Shown in pieces: positions 63,571-64,000 of a stretch of DNA of 64,000 bases. Source of the DNA: Vitrella brassicaformis CCMP3155 (Eukaryota > Protista > Chromerida); NCBI GenBank assembly GCA_001179505.1, contig CDMY01000281.1, positions 62,001-126,000 of the forward strand, read 5' to 3'. The notes under the pieces are model-generated. The model ran no database searches. It saw only the letters and a list, made by a program, of their open reading frames with translations, and was not told the DNA's origin. A program made the position numbers and the translations under genes. How positions within the stretch are numbered: position 1 is the first letter of the stretch; each line of letters begins with the position of its first letter.

Positions 63571-64000
63571 TGGAGGGGGAATGAGTGCGAGATTGTGCGT
63601 CCTTCCTTCATGGCTGACTCCAACAACTCTCCCTTTATCCGTGTGCGTGTGTGCATGTGTGTATGTGTCTGTCGAGTAAGGGGCGCTTTTTGCCCTCCCT
63701 AGGTAGGTGTGTCCGTCGTCGTGTCATGTCTGTCTGTCTGTCTGTGCTGTTGTGTGTGGTCCGGTTTTGTTTATCGGATTGCCGGGGAGTGTCAGCGGGG
63801 CGCGCTGACACTCACTTTCATGAGAGTCGTTGCGTACGCGTAATGGGCTAGCCAATGGATGGATGGATGCACTCACACAGACATAGACACACACAGGTGT
63901 TGCTCGCGTCCATCGGCCGATATGGCTATGGCTTAGGTCTTCCCTTCACAGCACCACAACACACCACACTCTCACGCGTCATCCGCCGCCCCATTGCCGT

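Noticed and set aside
1-64000. tRNA or rRNA genes
   Set aside because: No cloverleaf with T-loop and D-loop consensus, and no rRNA-like segment, was seen by eye.

Overview
Eukaryotic, GC-rich, very intron-dense genomic DNA. The introns are short and filled with microsatellites such as (GT)n, (GTCT)n, (GGAT)n and (CA)n. This style, together with an alveolin-type gene, flagellar CFAP20 and a bipartite plastid-targeting presequence, points to a chromerid alveolate, most likely Vitrella brassicaformis (inference). About 18 protein-coding genes could be rebuilt by hand from exons: a PLK4-like kinase, R2R3-Myb, IMP4, PNPOx-FNR flavoprotein, GT34 glycosyltransferase, F-box membrane protein, COQ8/ABC1, AspH-like dioxygenase, MFS sugar porter, CFAP20, TmcB/C-like protein, intronless F-box-like gene, IMCp/alveolin protein, multi-KH protein, PHTF-like protein and three unknowns. 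The standout is a 1,790-bp non-autonomous CACTA-type DNA transposon at 34781-36570. It has CACTA...TAGTG ends, a 2-bp AA target duplication, ~500-bp near-identical inverted arms with 20-bp-phased subterminal motifs, and an interior of intron-containing gene fragments on both strands (Pack-CACTA-like). It sits in the signal-peptide-coding region of a Cys-rich gene whose frame is restored by precise excision. Also notable is the PLK4 orthologue, whose catalytic HRD is replaced by HGN (probable pseudokinase). Gene boundaries are manual and approximate, and no database searches were run.
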